A stretch of DNA of 47,850 nucleotides from an uncultured delta proteobacterium (GTDB taxonomy: Bacteria; Desulfobacterota; Desulfuromonadia; Geobacterales; DSM-12255). The stretch spans positions 1-47,850 of the forward strand of contig CAWBBV010000019.1 in the NCBI GenBank assembly GCA_963787125.1. Direction: 5' to 3'. A program made the position numbers and the translations under genes. The notes beneath the pieces are model-generated. The model saw nothing but the letters and a program-made list of their open reading frames with translations. It was not told the DNA's origin and ran no database searches. Below, piece by piece: positions 1 through 9,062 of this stretch; positions within the stretch are counted from its first letter, which is position 1, and the number at the start of each line of letters is the position of its first letter.

Positions 1-335
1 GTTTGCCTTTGCGGATTTGCTGCATACCCGCAATCAAGCCTTCCACCAGCAAGCGTGCCGAACCACCGCTGTATTGGTAGAGGCGTGCCACCACGTCATC
101 CGGCACGTCTTCTTTGCCAGTCCATTGACCAGTGCGGCGGCATCATCAGCCGTGATGTTGTTGACTGTTTCTGGCCAGAAGCCCACGCGGCTGCGGATTT
201 GGTCAAACTGCCCATGTGGATGCTTGATGATGCCGTGCAGGTGTTCTGTACCGACCAGCACGATGCCGATATTGGCAAGGTCACGCAGGCGGCGCAGCAC
301 ATGCAGTTGATTGGCGGTAAGGGTTTCGGCTTCGT
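1..335 (-). pseudogene. Fragment of AAA+ ATPase, Mu-like transposition protein B / ExeA-type; truncated at Walker B, one frameshift, runs off the window
   Basis: Reads EAETLTANQLHVLRRLRDLANIGIVLVGT...FDQIRSRVG (post-Walker B, sensor 1, arginine finger). After a 1-nt frame change near 118 it continues KEDVPDDVVARLYQYSGGSARLLVEGLIAG (lid helix). Similarity stops where the Walker B Asp should be. Confidence 0.7.
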
Positions 336-1385
336 TGCCGAGCACCCGACCAAACTCGACTCGACGAAAAAAAGACCCAGCTTGGGTGAAATTGGCGGAC
401 GAAGGAACTTCTCGACAAGCGAATTTGCGATCTTGGATTGACGCTCGAAGCAAGCAAGCTACCGCCGCTGATTGAACGACTTCACAACGAACTTGCCCAA
501 CGGCAGTTGAAATTGCAACCGCACGTATGGCTCAGCGACGACTGGTATTCTCCGGATGGAATTCCCGGCATTGCGATTCCGTTTTACATGGGTCACCCGC
601 GGCTGATGCGACTTGAGCGAAAGCAGATGCTGGTAGTTGAAGGGGGGACCAACGCCTGGTGTATGCAGATCCTGCGGCATGAAGCCGGGCATGTCATTGA
701 TACGGCCTTTCGATTGAATCGTCGGAAAAAATATCGCCAGATTTTTGGTCGTTACGCAAATCCCTACCCGGAATTTTATCGCCCCAAACCCAATAGCAAG
801 AACTACGTGATTCACTTGGAACCGTGGTACGCACAGAGTCATCCGGCAGAAGATTTTGCGGAAACGTTTGCGGTTTGGCTGAATCGGCGAAGCCGCTGGC
901 GAATCGAATACAAAGACTGGAAGGCGCTCAAGAAACTGGAATTCGTCGACGAGTTGATGAACGAGATTGCCGGACAATCGGCGAAAGTCAAATCACGCGT
1001 AAAGACCGATCCGGTACATCGAATCAAGAAAACTTTGCGTCAACATTATGCGGAACGGCACGACCGTTACACGATCGATTGCAAGAGTTCGTTTGATCGA
1101 GATTTGAAAAAAATCTTTCCCCAAACCCCCAAGAGTCGCTCAACTATTTCGGCGGTAGTCTTTCTGCAGCAAAATCGAGTGGAATTAAGCCGTACGGTGG
1201 CTCTGTGGACGGGCGAATATCGATACAATGTCAGTCAAGTGTTGCGCGAAATGATTGACAGATGTCGCGCGTTGGACCTGCGCGTGGCAGGCACCAAGGC
1301 GGAAGCCAAACGGAATACCCTGGCGATGCTGACCGTCCACACAATGAATTACCTTCACGGAGGGCATTACCGGGTCGCGCTATGA
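335..1385 (+). CDS. Putative zinc-binding metallopeptidase (zincin, Peptidase_Mx-like); N-terminus frameshifted near 404
   Basis: ORF 438-1385 has HEAGH (HExxH) and YAQSHPAEDFAETF. The frame extends upstream as ELLDKRICDLGL and, across one extra base near 404, as AWVKLADE back to a TTG at 335. Confidence 0.8.
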
Positions 1386-2410
1386 AAAAACTACGTGCAC
1401 TAGTGCTCATGCACGAGTCGCTCGTTCCACCGGAAAGCATGAACGGCTATTCGGATGAGGAAATCCTGAATTGGAAGACCGAATTCGACGTCGTTACACG
1501 CTGCGGGATATTGGACACGAGGTCCTGCCTTTGGGAGTCTGTGACGACTTGGGCGATATTCGTCGAGCAATCCGGGATTTCAAGCCCCACATCACCTTCA
1601 ATCTGCTCGAAGAGTTCCATGGCGTGGGAGTTTACGACCATCATGTCGTCAGCTATCTCGAACTGATGCGGCAACATTACACGGGCTGCAATCCGCGAGG
1701 GTTGTTGCTGTCGCACGACAAACCGTTGGCCAAGAAGATCCTTTCGTATCACCGCATTCGGACCCCCCATTTTTTTGTCATCAAGGTGGGGAGCAAACCA
1801 CGCCGTGCGGCCGCGTTCGAATATCCGTTATTGGTCAAATCGGTTTCCGAAGATGCCTCGCTGGGGATTTCGGAGTCTTCGATTGTTTACGACGACAAGG
1901 CATTGTTTGATCGTATCGAATTTGTCCATCAGGATACGGAAACCGATGCCCTGGTTGAAACTTACATCGACGGCGAGAGAACTCTACGTCGGAGTGTTGG
2001 GCAATCGACGACTGAAGACGCTGCCGATCTGGGAAATGGTTTTCAAGAATGCCCCCGCCGGAATGCCTCAGATTGCAACCGCGCGCGTCAAATGGGATAC
2101 CGCTTACCAGAAAAAACTGGGGATTGTGACTTCGGAAGCGAAGGGACTCGACAACGGGCTTGAGCAAAAAATTCTGAGTGTCTGCAAACGAGTTTATCGT
2201 GCGCTGAACTTGAGCGGGTACGCCAGACTGGATCTGCGTTTAAACGCCGCCGGCGAGGTGCATGTCCTGGAAGCAAACCCGAATCCGAACCTGTCGTTCG
2301 GAGAAGACTTTGCCGAGTCTGCAGAACAGGGTGGCATTGAATATGAAGAGTTGCTTCAGAAGATCATCACGCTGGGCCTGAACTATCAGGCGGAATGGCG
2401 ACTGGTTTGA
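1382..2410 (+). CDS. ATP-grasp ligase, D-Ala-D-Ala ligase-like family; two compensating frameshifts (~1499, ~1976)
   Basis: ATG overlaps the peptidase stop (ATGA). The joined frames give FNLLE, YTG, DKPLAK, YPLLVK, SLGIS, ETYIDG-RELYVGVLGN, GYARLDLRL and LEANPNP; about 342 aa. Confidence 0.85.
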
Positions 2411-2434
2411 GTCGTTGATCTGGCTGCGAACGTC

Positions 2435-3378
2435 ATGAACAAATCCACCAAGTCAGATCAGGTTTCACGTCTTGTTGGCATCGCAATCCTGGTTGGGTTT
2501 GCTGTTTTGTGCTGCGTGGGCAATGCGTCGTTTGCGTACTTGGCGAGCCGTTTGCACCAGGCGACGCGATGGCAATTGTATTGTGGATTCATCGGACTGA
2601 TTCGTGCCCAGGGATGTACACTCTCCATCTGGCTGGTGCTTGGCGATGAAAATTTGCGTTCGGCGCGTCTCATTTGTCAGTTTGGCGATCATCACAGCGG
2701 TCAGCAGTTGGGCATTTGGCAGCGCGTTGACGCTTCGATACCAACCAGAAGTTTTAGCAACCAACCCGAATGGAAAACGGTTTACATCCTGGGATTCATA
2801 CCCGTTATCGCGTTGGGGCTTCTCGATTCCGTTGCTGGTGATGCGATTCTTTTTTTCGAGACGATTGGTGCGTCCGTCGAACCTGCTTGCACAAAAACCG
2901 GGCAAGATCATCGAATCGTTTTTCCATCGGCCAGTTGTTAATTGTGACAACGTTGGTCGGCATTGTCGGCGGAGGAGTTGAGATTACGACGAATTTGATT
3001 GACCCCAGGCTGAATCGGTGGTTGGTTGCGGGAATTGTGGCCGCATTTGCGTTGGGGTCGGTTTCCTGGTCAGTGTTCCGTTTGTCGTCGGCTTGATGCG
3101 CGAACGCGGCTTTTATTTCTGGTTGTCCATCTTGCCTGTATATTTAGCGATCTGTGTCAATGAGCACGATTTTTATTATTGAGCTTGCTGATTCGGGTGC
3201 GCCAGACGGTGGCTTCCAGCGCTGGATGGTCCGGCAGTCGCCATCAGTCGATGATCATTGTTCCTGGGAGCCGGTTTGATATTTGTCTTGATCGGTCTTA
3301 CGGCTGATGGGTTTTCGCTTGGTAAGAATCGCAAAAACGTATGAAGCGGCGTTCCAGAAGTCTGCGTTTCCCTGCTAA
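2435..3378 (+). CDS. Multi-pass membrane hypothetical protein, broken by several frameshifts
   Basis: Hydrophobic helices are spread over three frames (ORFs at 2435, 2604, 2887). It includes RFSIGQLLIVTTLVG and a final LRLMGFRLVR...FPC-stop at 3378. Confidence 0.55.
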
Positions 3379-3426
3379 GATACTCGAGTGTCGCCGGGAG
3401 GCATAAAATTTGCTACCACGCAGAGT

Positions 3427-5125
3427 TCAGACTACTGTTTCGTTCTTGTCTCCTGTTTCGGTATCTTCTTTGATTCCCAACCACCGATTGACACGTTGTT
3501 TTTGATCATCGGTTTGATTTTTGGATGCATTGAGCTTCCAGCTTTTCTCGTCCCTGGTACCAACTGTCAATTCGACGTTCATCAGCTTGCCGCCACGAGC
3601 GATCAACAAATCCAGTTCGTCGCCGACTTCGTATTGTTTCAAGCGCGCATCAATGCTCCCGGTAACGCGGAACCCGTTGATTGCAATCAACTCGTCGCCC
3701 GTGTTCAGACCTGCTGCGGATGCCGGCGAGTCGGGTTCAATGCGGGAAATTCGTTCGGTGCCCGAAAATCCCAACCAGCGATTGGGCTTGTTGACAGGTT
3801 TCTTCGATTTGTTCTCTACTTTTCGGCTGAGGCGATTCCACTGATTCGGCGTCGGTCGAATTCTTTCTGCGAGCTATTTTCGGCCGGCTCGTCCGATTCA
3901 TTTTCCGTTTTCGCATCATCCTTGTTCGTCGGGAATTCCAGTCCGAACCAGTTGTGAACCGGTGAAAAATCGAGTTCATCGGTCGAGTCAACGGCGCTGG
4001 CAAACCACTGGCTCAAGTCTTCGCCAGCGATCTCGTTGACGACACGGCGAAAGTCCGCTGGTTCGTATCCCGATTCCTGGTAACGCTGATACATCGTCCG
4101 CATGACATCGTCCAGGCTTTTGACGCCGTCGGTCAACTCGCGGATTTTGGTGTCCAGCAAAAACGCAACAACGGCGCCTTTGGAGTAATAGCTGATCCGT
4201 GTGTTCGACGAATTTTCATCGGGACGGTAAAACTTGATCCAGGCGTCATAGGACGACTCGGACAGACTTTGTTTGGTGCGGCCGGGCGTTTTCTGAACCC
4301 CGTCAATGTTCTTGTTCAGCCGATCCAGAAATTCTTTCTTCGAAAACAATCCGGCCCGAACCAGCAACAAGTCTTCGTAGTAACTTGTGACTCCTTCGGC
4401 GATCCAGAGACTGGGTGTGTACGTTTCGCTTTCATAATCGTATTTGACCAGGCCTTTGGGTCTCAGCCGGCGAACGTTCCAGGCATGAAAAAACTCGTGG
4501 CTGGCAAGACTCAACCAGTCTTTGTAACGCTCCTCATCCCGAAAACTCCAGATGCTGGTCATGAGCAACGCACTGTTGTCGTGCTCCAACCCGCCCCCAC
4601 GACCGCAGATGACATTCAGGAACAGGTACCGCTGGTAAGGCACAGCGCCCCACATTTCATGATGGGCAGCCACAACTTTGGAAAGATCGGTCGCTGCTTT
4701 GCTGCCGTCCCAATAACCCGATTCGCCCACGTTCACCGAGCTGATGCGGAACGCCGCCGACTTCGAAGGGGTAAATATTGACGTTGCCCGCGACAATCGG
4801 ACTGTCGACAAGTTCGTCAAAGTTTTTCGCCAAAAACCGGTGAGGTTGTTCGCCCGCCGAGTTCAGGCTGGTGGCTGAGCGTTGCCAATTCCGCGGCAAT
4901 TTGAGCGAAACTTCGTGCGGTTGGTCCAACCGGTCGGGTACGGTCAAAAAAGTTGCACCACCATTCAACACGGCAAATTCGTTGCCAACCCAATTGGTTC
5001 GCACCGATAATTCGTTGCAGTAAAGTCGATAGCGAACTTTCAAGCGTTTCAGGCCTTTTGATTCGACGGTCCAGCGATTCTTGCGCGTTTTCGCAAACGG
5101 AACCGGTTTGCCGTCGTCGTCGGCG
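3427..5125 (-). CDS. M61 family (glycyl aminopeptidase-like) metallopeptidase with C-terminal PDZ domain; 5'-truncated and frameshifted (~4739, ~3800-3870)
   Basis: GGGLEH, SHEFFHAWNVRRLRP, LWIAEGVTSYY, ISYYSKGA; N-domain FDELVDSPI; PDZ DSPASAAGLNTGDELIAING. The frame stays open upstream to DDDGKPVPFAKTRKNRW with no start codon. Confidence 0.88.
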
Positions 5126-5754
5126 ATGAAATCAGCGAGCAGCTGCGCAATCTTGTTGTGACCAGGTTCTCAGATCTTGTTGCCGAAAGCGGCATTCCGC
5201 TCCTGGATCTCTCCGCAAAATATGATGAGCTTTCAAAAAGCCTCACCGCTAAAATTGCTCCCGAGTTTTCAGAATACGGCCTTGAGGTTTCAAAGCTGCT
5301 TGTCGAAAACATTGCCTTGCCGCCGGAGGTGGAAAGCGCTGTCGATAAGAAGAGCAGTATGGGGATTATTGGAAACCTTGATAACTACCTCAAATTCCAG
5401 AGCGCCACAGCAATGGAGGCGGCAGCAAATAATCCGGGGGGTGAAGCATCGGCAGGCATTGGCATGGGTATCGGCTTTGCCATGGCAAACCAGGTGGGCA
5501 GGGCAATGGCAGAACAACTCGAGAATCCGGCAGCGGTACCGCCGCCCCTGAATACTCCGTCAAAACGGTATTTCGTCGGCAAAGACGGCAAACAGACCGG
5601 CCCATTTAGCCCGGAAGTTATTATAAGTGGTATTGGCAGCGGCGAAATAACCAGAGAAACATCGCTCTGGTCAGCCGGCATGGCGCAATGGGGCAAGGCC
5701 GGCGATTTTGTCGAGTTTTCTCAGCTGTTCACAACCCCGCCACCTTTAACCTGA
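5125..5754 (+). CDS. SPFH/band-7 domain protein (YdjI-like) with C-terminal GYF_2 (DUF4339)-like domain; 5'-truncated
   Basis: DEISEQLRNLVVTRFSD...ENIALPPEVESAVDKKSSMG...AAANNPGG..GIGMGIG; C-terminal YFVGKDGKQTGPFS...LWSAGMAQW...PPPL. Confidence 0.85.
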   Translation, partial: DEISEQLRNLVVTRFSDLVAESGIPLLDLSAKYDELSKSLTAKIAPEFSEYGLEVSKLLVENIALPPEVESAVDKKSSMGIIGNLDNYLKFQSATAMEAAANNPGGEASAGIGMGIGFAMANQVGRAMAEQLENPAAVPPPLNTPSKRYFVGKDGKQTGPFSPEVIISGIGSGEITRETSLWSAGMAQWGKAGDFVEFSQLFTTPPPLT

Positions 5755-5777
5755 TCGTTTTTTTGGAGAACCTATAA

Positions 5778-6473
5778 GTGCCAAACTGTACCAACTGCTC
5801 AGCACCGCTCCCCTCAAACTCCGTCAACTGCGCTTACTGCGGCAGCCGCAACAATGTCGACCTGACAAATATTAACTTCTACACCACCCACGAAACCGAG
5901 TCAGAGCGCATCTGTCCCGTCTGCACAATCCCGCTTGAAACTGTTGATCTCGGCATAGACGGAAAGTTTTTCATCGAGCGCTGCAAGGAATGCCTGGGGC
6001 TCTTCTTCGATCCGGGTGAGCTGGAAGCGCTGCTGGAAGACACCGTCAAAAATGTTTTCGAAATCAACAGAAGCCGCCTTGCCCAGTTCAACCTCTCGGA
6101 TATCACGCCCAGTCGCAGCGCCACCTATGTCAAGTGTCCCGTATGTGCAAACTTGATGAACCGAATCAATTTCGGCGCAAGAAGCGGTGTTGTCATTGAC
6201 CGCTGCAAAGAGCATGGCGTCTGGCTTGACGCCGGTGAACTCAGACAGCTCTCGGAATGGATGAAAGCCGGCGGGAAACTGTTGGACAATGAAAGAGCAG
6301 CAGAGCGGCAAAAAGAAGAGATGACTCTTGAGGGTAAAACCAGGCAGAGCCGGGCTGGAGGCGGGTCTACTGCCGATTACAACGATATCGACCCGTTCAA
6401 TTTAAACATGAAATCAGAACCTGATCTGCTTGATATCGTCTTTAAAGCGGTACACTTCTTTACAAAGGTGTAA
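5778..6473 (+). CDS. Zinc-ribbon protein with two zf-TFIIB-like domains
   Basis: N-terminal CxxC...CxxC, then CPVC...ERCKECLGLFFDPGEL and CPVC...DRCKEHGVWLDAGEL; GGAG RBS before GTG. Confidence 0.8.
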   Translation: MPNCTNCSAPLPSNSVNCAYCGSRNNVDLTNINFYTTHETESERICPVCTIPLETVDLGIDGKFFIERCKECLGLFFDPGELEALLEDTVKNVFEINRSRLAQFNLSDITPSRSATYVKCPVCANLMNRINFGARSGVVIDRCKEHGVWLDAGELRQLSEWMKAGGKLLDNERAAERQKEEMTLEGKTRQSRAGGGSTADYNDIDPFNLNMKSEPDLLDIVFKAVHFFTKV

Positions 6474-6738
6474 AAGATTTGGCGCGACGATCAAAGAAGA
6501 TCTTCATCCCCAGCAAAACCAGATAACAACTTATGGAGAAAGAGTTTGCCGCGATGAGTGGCAGGTCATTGAGAAGCAGCCCGTAGATCAGCCATAACAA
6601 CATCCCGATGATCAGAATCAGCGGCTGCCAGATGGAGATATCCCGTGCATGCTTGGTCCGCCAGGTTCTGACGACCTGGGGAATAACTGCTATGCTGGTA
6701 AGAAAGCCGGCGACGAGGCCAATCCAGGTGGATTTCAT
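6460..6738 (-). CDS. SemiSWEET / PQ-loop family transporter
   Basis: 92 aa, three TM helices, IPQVVRTWRTKHARDIS, LWLIYG, PLIAAN. Confidence 0.9.
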   Translation of the reverse strand: MKSTWIGLVAGFLTSIAVIPQVVRTWRTKHARDISIWQPLILIIGMLLWLIYGLLLNDLPLIAANSFSISCYLVLLGMKIFFDRRAKSFTPL

Positions 6739-7478
6739 GCCGCCACCCCTTTCTTCCCTTTAAACTCGCCGCAAGCCCAATCAATCTGCGACATCATCCC
6801 TCTGACAATTGTGACCTCTCTACTGTCAAGCTCCGCCCGGGAAAGTATGCGCCGCAGCGTCATCATCACATGGGCCGGGTTTTCTGGATTGAGAAAACCG
6901 ATTCTCATCAGTACCTTTTCCATGTGGGAATACATCGACTCCAGTGAGTCTCCCGGAGCCAACTCCCGGACAATCTGTTTATCAGTAGGCCCGGAACCGT
7001 TCAGAATCTCATAGCAGAAAATCAGAACCGACTGAGCCAGATTGAGTGAGCCAAACTCACCTGAGGTAGATATGGTCGCCTGCCAGCGGCAAAGCGAGAC
7101 CTCCCTCGTTGTCAAACCGCTATCCTCACGGCCGAATACAATCGCAGCCCTGTTTATCCCGGCATCAGCTGCAATTTTCGCAACGATCTCTTTCGGGGTA
7201 AAAATCTCCTGGCGGTATTTTCCATGTCTTCTGGTGGTTGCAACAGAGAGCGGCGTATCTGCGAGTGCAGACTCCAGATCGGGAAATATTGTGGCTGTTT
7301 CCAGCAGATCCTTGGCGGAGACTGCAAACATGAGCGCTTCCGGATGATCGATCGGACAAGGATTTACCAGCCTTAAATCAGAAAGGCCCATGTTCTTCAT
7401 GGCCCTGCAGACCATGCCGACATTGCCGGGGCTTTGCGGCTCGACAAGAACTATTGATATGGCAGCTGAAACCGGCAT
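6735..7478 (-). CDS. trmJ: tRNA 2'-O-methyltransferase, SPOUT TrmJ/LasT family
   Basis: IVLVEPQSPGNVGMVCRAMKNMG, VFGREDSGLT, SLNLAQSV. Confidence 0.85.
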   Translation of the reverse strand: MPVSAAISIVLVEPQSPGNVGMVCRAMKNMGLSDLRLVNPCPIDHPEALMFAVSAKDLLETATIFPDLESALADTPLSVATTRRHGKYRQEIFTPKEIVAKIAADAGINRAAIVFGREDSGLTTREVSLCRWQATISTSGEFGSLNLAQSVLIFCYEILNGSGPTDKQIVRELAPGDSLESMYSHMEKVLMRIGFLNPENPAHVMMTLRRILSRAELDSREVTIVRGMMSQIDWACGEFKGKKGVAA

Positions 7479-7498
7479 TTTACAACCCCTCTAAATAC

Positions 7499-7532
7499 GA
7501 AAACCGGCGGGCATAGTGCACCACCGGCTTCG
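7499..7532 (-). terminator. Probable intrinsic terminator after the cytochrome c7 gene
   Basis: Minus strand AAGCCGGTGGTGCA-CTA-TGCCCGCCGGTTTT: GC-rich stem with G-U pairs and a short U tail. Confidence 0.55.
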
Positions 7533-7551
7533 AACTAAGTCACTGCAAAAA

Positions 7552-7857
7552 CTACTTCTTATGACAAGCCTTGCAATTTACCGGACCCTTCTCATTCAGA
7601 TCATGACAGGCGATACAGAGCTTGTGGGCAGTTGATTCGCTCCAGTTTTCTATCCGGCCCAATTTCTTGTCATGACACTCCCAGCACTGATTTTTGACCA
7701 GTTTCTGGTGTTTATGATGGGCGAACTCAAGCGTCTTCGTGCCCATTTTGAGCTTAATATATTCAGGACCAAGCTTATCTGCCTGAGCAGCAAAAAGAGT
7801 GGTAGCAAGCAGCAGAGACGACAAAAACGCAATAGTAAAAAATCGATATTTAATCAT
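7552..7857 (-). CDS. Periplasmic triheme cytochrome c7 (PpcA family)
   Basis: Signal peptide, FAHHKH, three CxxCH motifs (CWECH, CIACH, CKACH), AH before heme 2, C-terminal KGPVNCKACHKK. Confidence 0.92.
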   Translation of the reverse strand: MIKYRFFTIAFLSSLLLATTLFAAQADKLGPEYIKLKMGTKTLEFAHHKHQKLVKNQCWECHDKKLGRIENWSESTAHKLCIACHDLNEKGPVNCKACHKK

Positions 7858-7948
7858 TTAAACACCCCCAGAGAATTTTCATCATTTCTACATTAAATAA
7901 ACCAAGAGTCAACAGTAGACAGGAATATTCCTGAATTTAAACCAGGAA

Positions 7949-9019
7949 TCAAACCGGGATAAAGTCACGCTTGTCGTTGATCCTTGCGACAGTGGCAATA
8001 ATCAACTTTACTGCATTTCTTATATCAGAAAGATCAACCACCTCGACCGGTGTATGCATGTAACGAAGAGGAATCTTGACCAGTGCCGTCGCAACCCCGC
8101 CTCTTGAGATCTGCATAACATTCGCATCAGTGCCGGTAGCCCGGGGAATTCCGGTAAACTGAACCGGTATCCCCTCTTTTGCGGCGGTATCAGCAAGCAG
8201 CTCGAAAAGCGCATGATTTATGTTTGCACCCCTGGGGAGGATTGGCCCCTTACCAAGAGAGACATCACCGTTATGCTTGCGCTCAACGTCAGGCTGATCA
8301 GTCGCAAAGTCAACCTCTACGCAGATACCGATATCCGGTTTCACATTGTAACAACTGGTAGTCCCCCCCCGCAGGCCGATCTCCTCCTGCACAGATGAAA
8401 CTCCATAAAGTTCGCAGGGTAGTTTTTCAGTCAGTGCAGACACCTGCCTGAGCACTTCGGCAACAATGAAGCTTCCCGCCTTGTCATCAAAACCTCTGGC
8501 AGTAACACGATCACCCTGAAGGACTGAAAACTCGGAAGAAAAAGTCACAGCGTCACCAACCCTGACAAGTTCCTCTGCCCCTTTTTTATCGACAGCACCA
8601 ATATCAATGTACTGGGCATCAAGTTTAACGACACTTTCCCTGTCCTTAGCTTCCATGAGATGGATCGGTTTCTTACCGATAACCCCGCGGACTGTCCCGT
8701 TTCTAGCATGGATATTTACTATCAGTCCGGGAGTAAGATGCGCATCTACGCCGCCTATTGCCGAGAAAAAGATAAAACCTTTATCGTCAATATATCTTAT
8801 CTGCAAACCGATTTCATCACTATGACCAACAATCATGACTCGTGGGCAATCATCTGAAGCCCCTGATATATAACCGTAGACGTTCCCCATTACATCGGAT
8901 GTCACCGTGGAAAAAGGCTCGATATATGATCTGAACACACGCTGTGCCGGCTGTTCATAGCCTGACGGACTTGGAGCATGCAGCAGCTCTTGCAGAAACT
9001 TCAGTGCTTCATCTCTCAT
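7949..9019 (-). CDS. M42 family metallo-aminopeptidase
   Basis: SPSGYE, GHSDEIG, FDDKAG, VQEEIGLRG, GTDA, PLRYMHTPVE. Confidence 0.92.
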   Translation of the reverse strand: MRDEALKFLQELLHAPSPSGYEQPAQRVFRSYIEPFSTVTSDVMGNVYGYISGASDDCPRVMIVGHSDEIGLQIRYIDDKGFIFFSAIGGVDAHLTPGLIVNIHARNGTVRGVIGKKPIHLMEAKDRESVVKLDAQYIDIGAVDKKGAEELVRVGDAVTFSSEFSVLQGDRVTARGFDDKAGSFIVAEVLRQVSALTEKLPCELYGVSSVQEEIGLRGGTTSCYNVKPDIGICVEVDFATDQPDVERKHNGDVSLGKGPILPRGANINHALFELLADTAAKEGIPVQFTGIPRATGTDANVMQISRGGVATALVKIPLRYMHTPVEVVDLSDIRNAVKLIIATVARINDKRDFIPV

Positions 9020-9062
9020 CTTGCCTCCATAAATGTAATATCTCTATAGTTTCCGGCCTGCT

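Noticed and set aside
845..2325. EDFAE pentapeptide shared by the peptidase (EDFAETF) and the ligase (EDFAESA)
   Set aside because: Each copy lies in its own family's expected structural position; five residues are best treated as coincidence.
1382..2410. Programmed ribosomal frameshifting in the ATP-grasp gene and its neighbours
   Set aside because: No slippery heptamers at the shift sites, and every gene in the segment is affected, which points to sequence error.
1382..2410. Calling the ligase ddl
   Set aside because: It lacks the GGxSxE N-terminal motif and any cell-wall gene context.
335..6473. One operon or system spanning the M61 peptidase and the SPFH/Zn-ribbon genes
   Set aside because: They lie on opposite sides of an apparent chimeric junction at ~5125.
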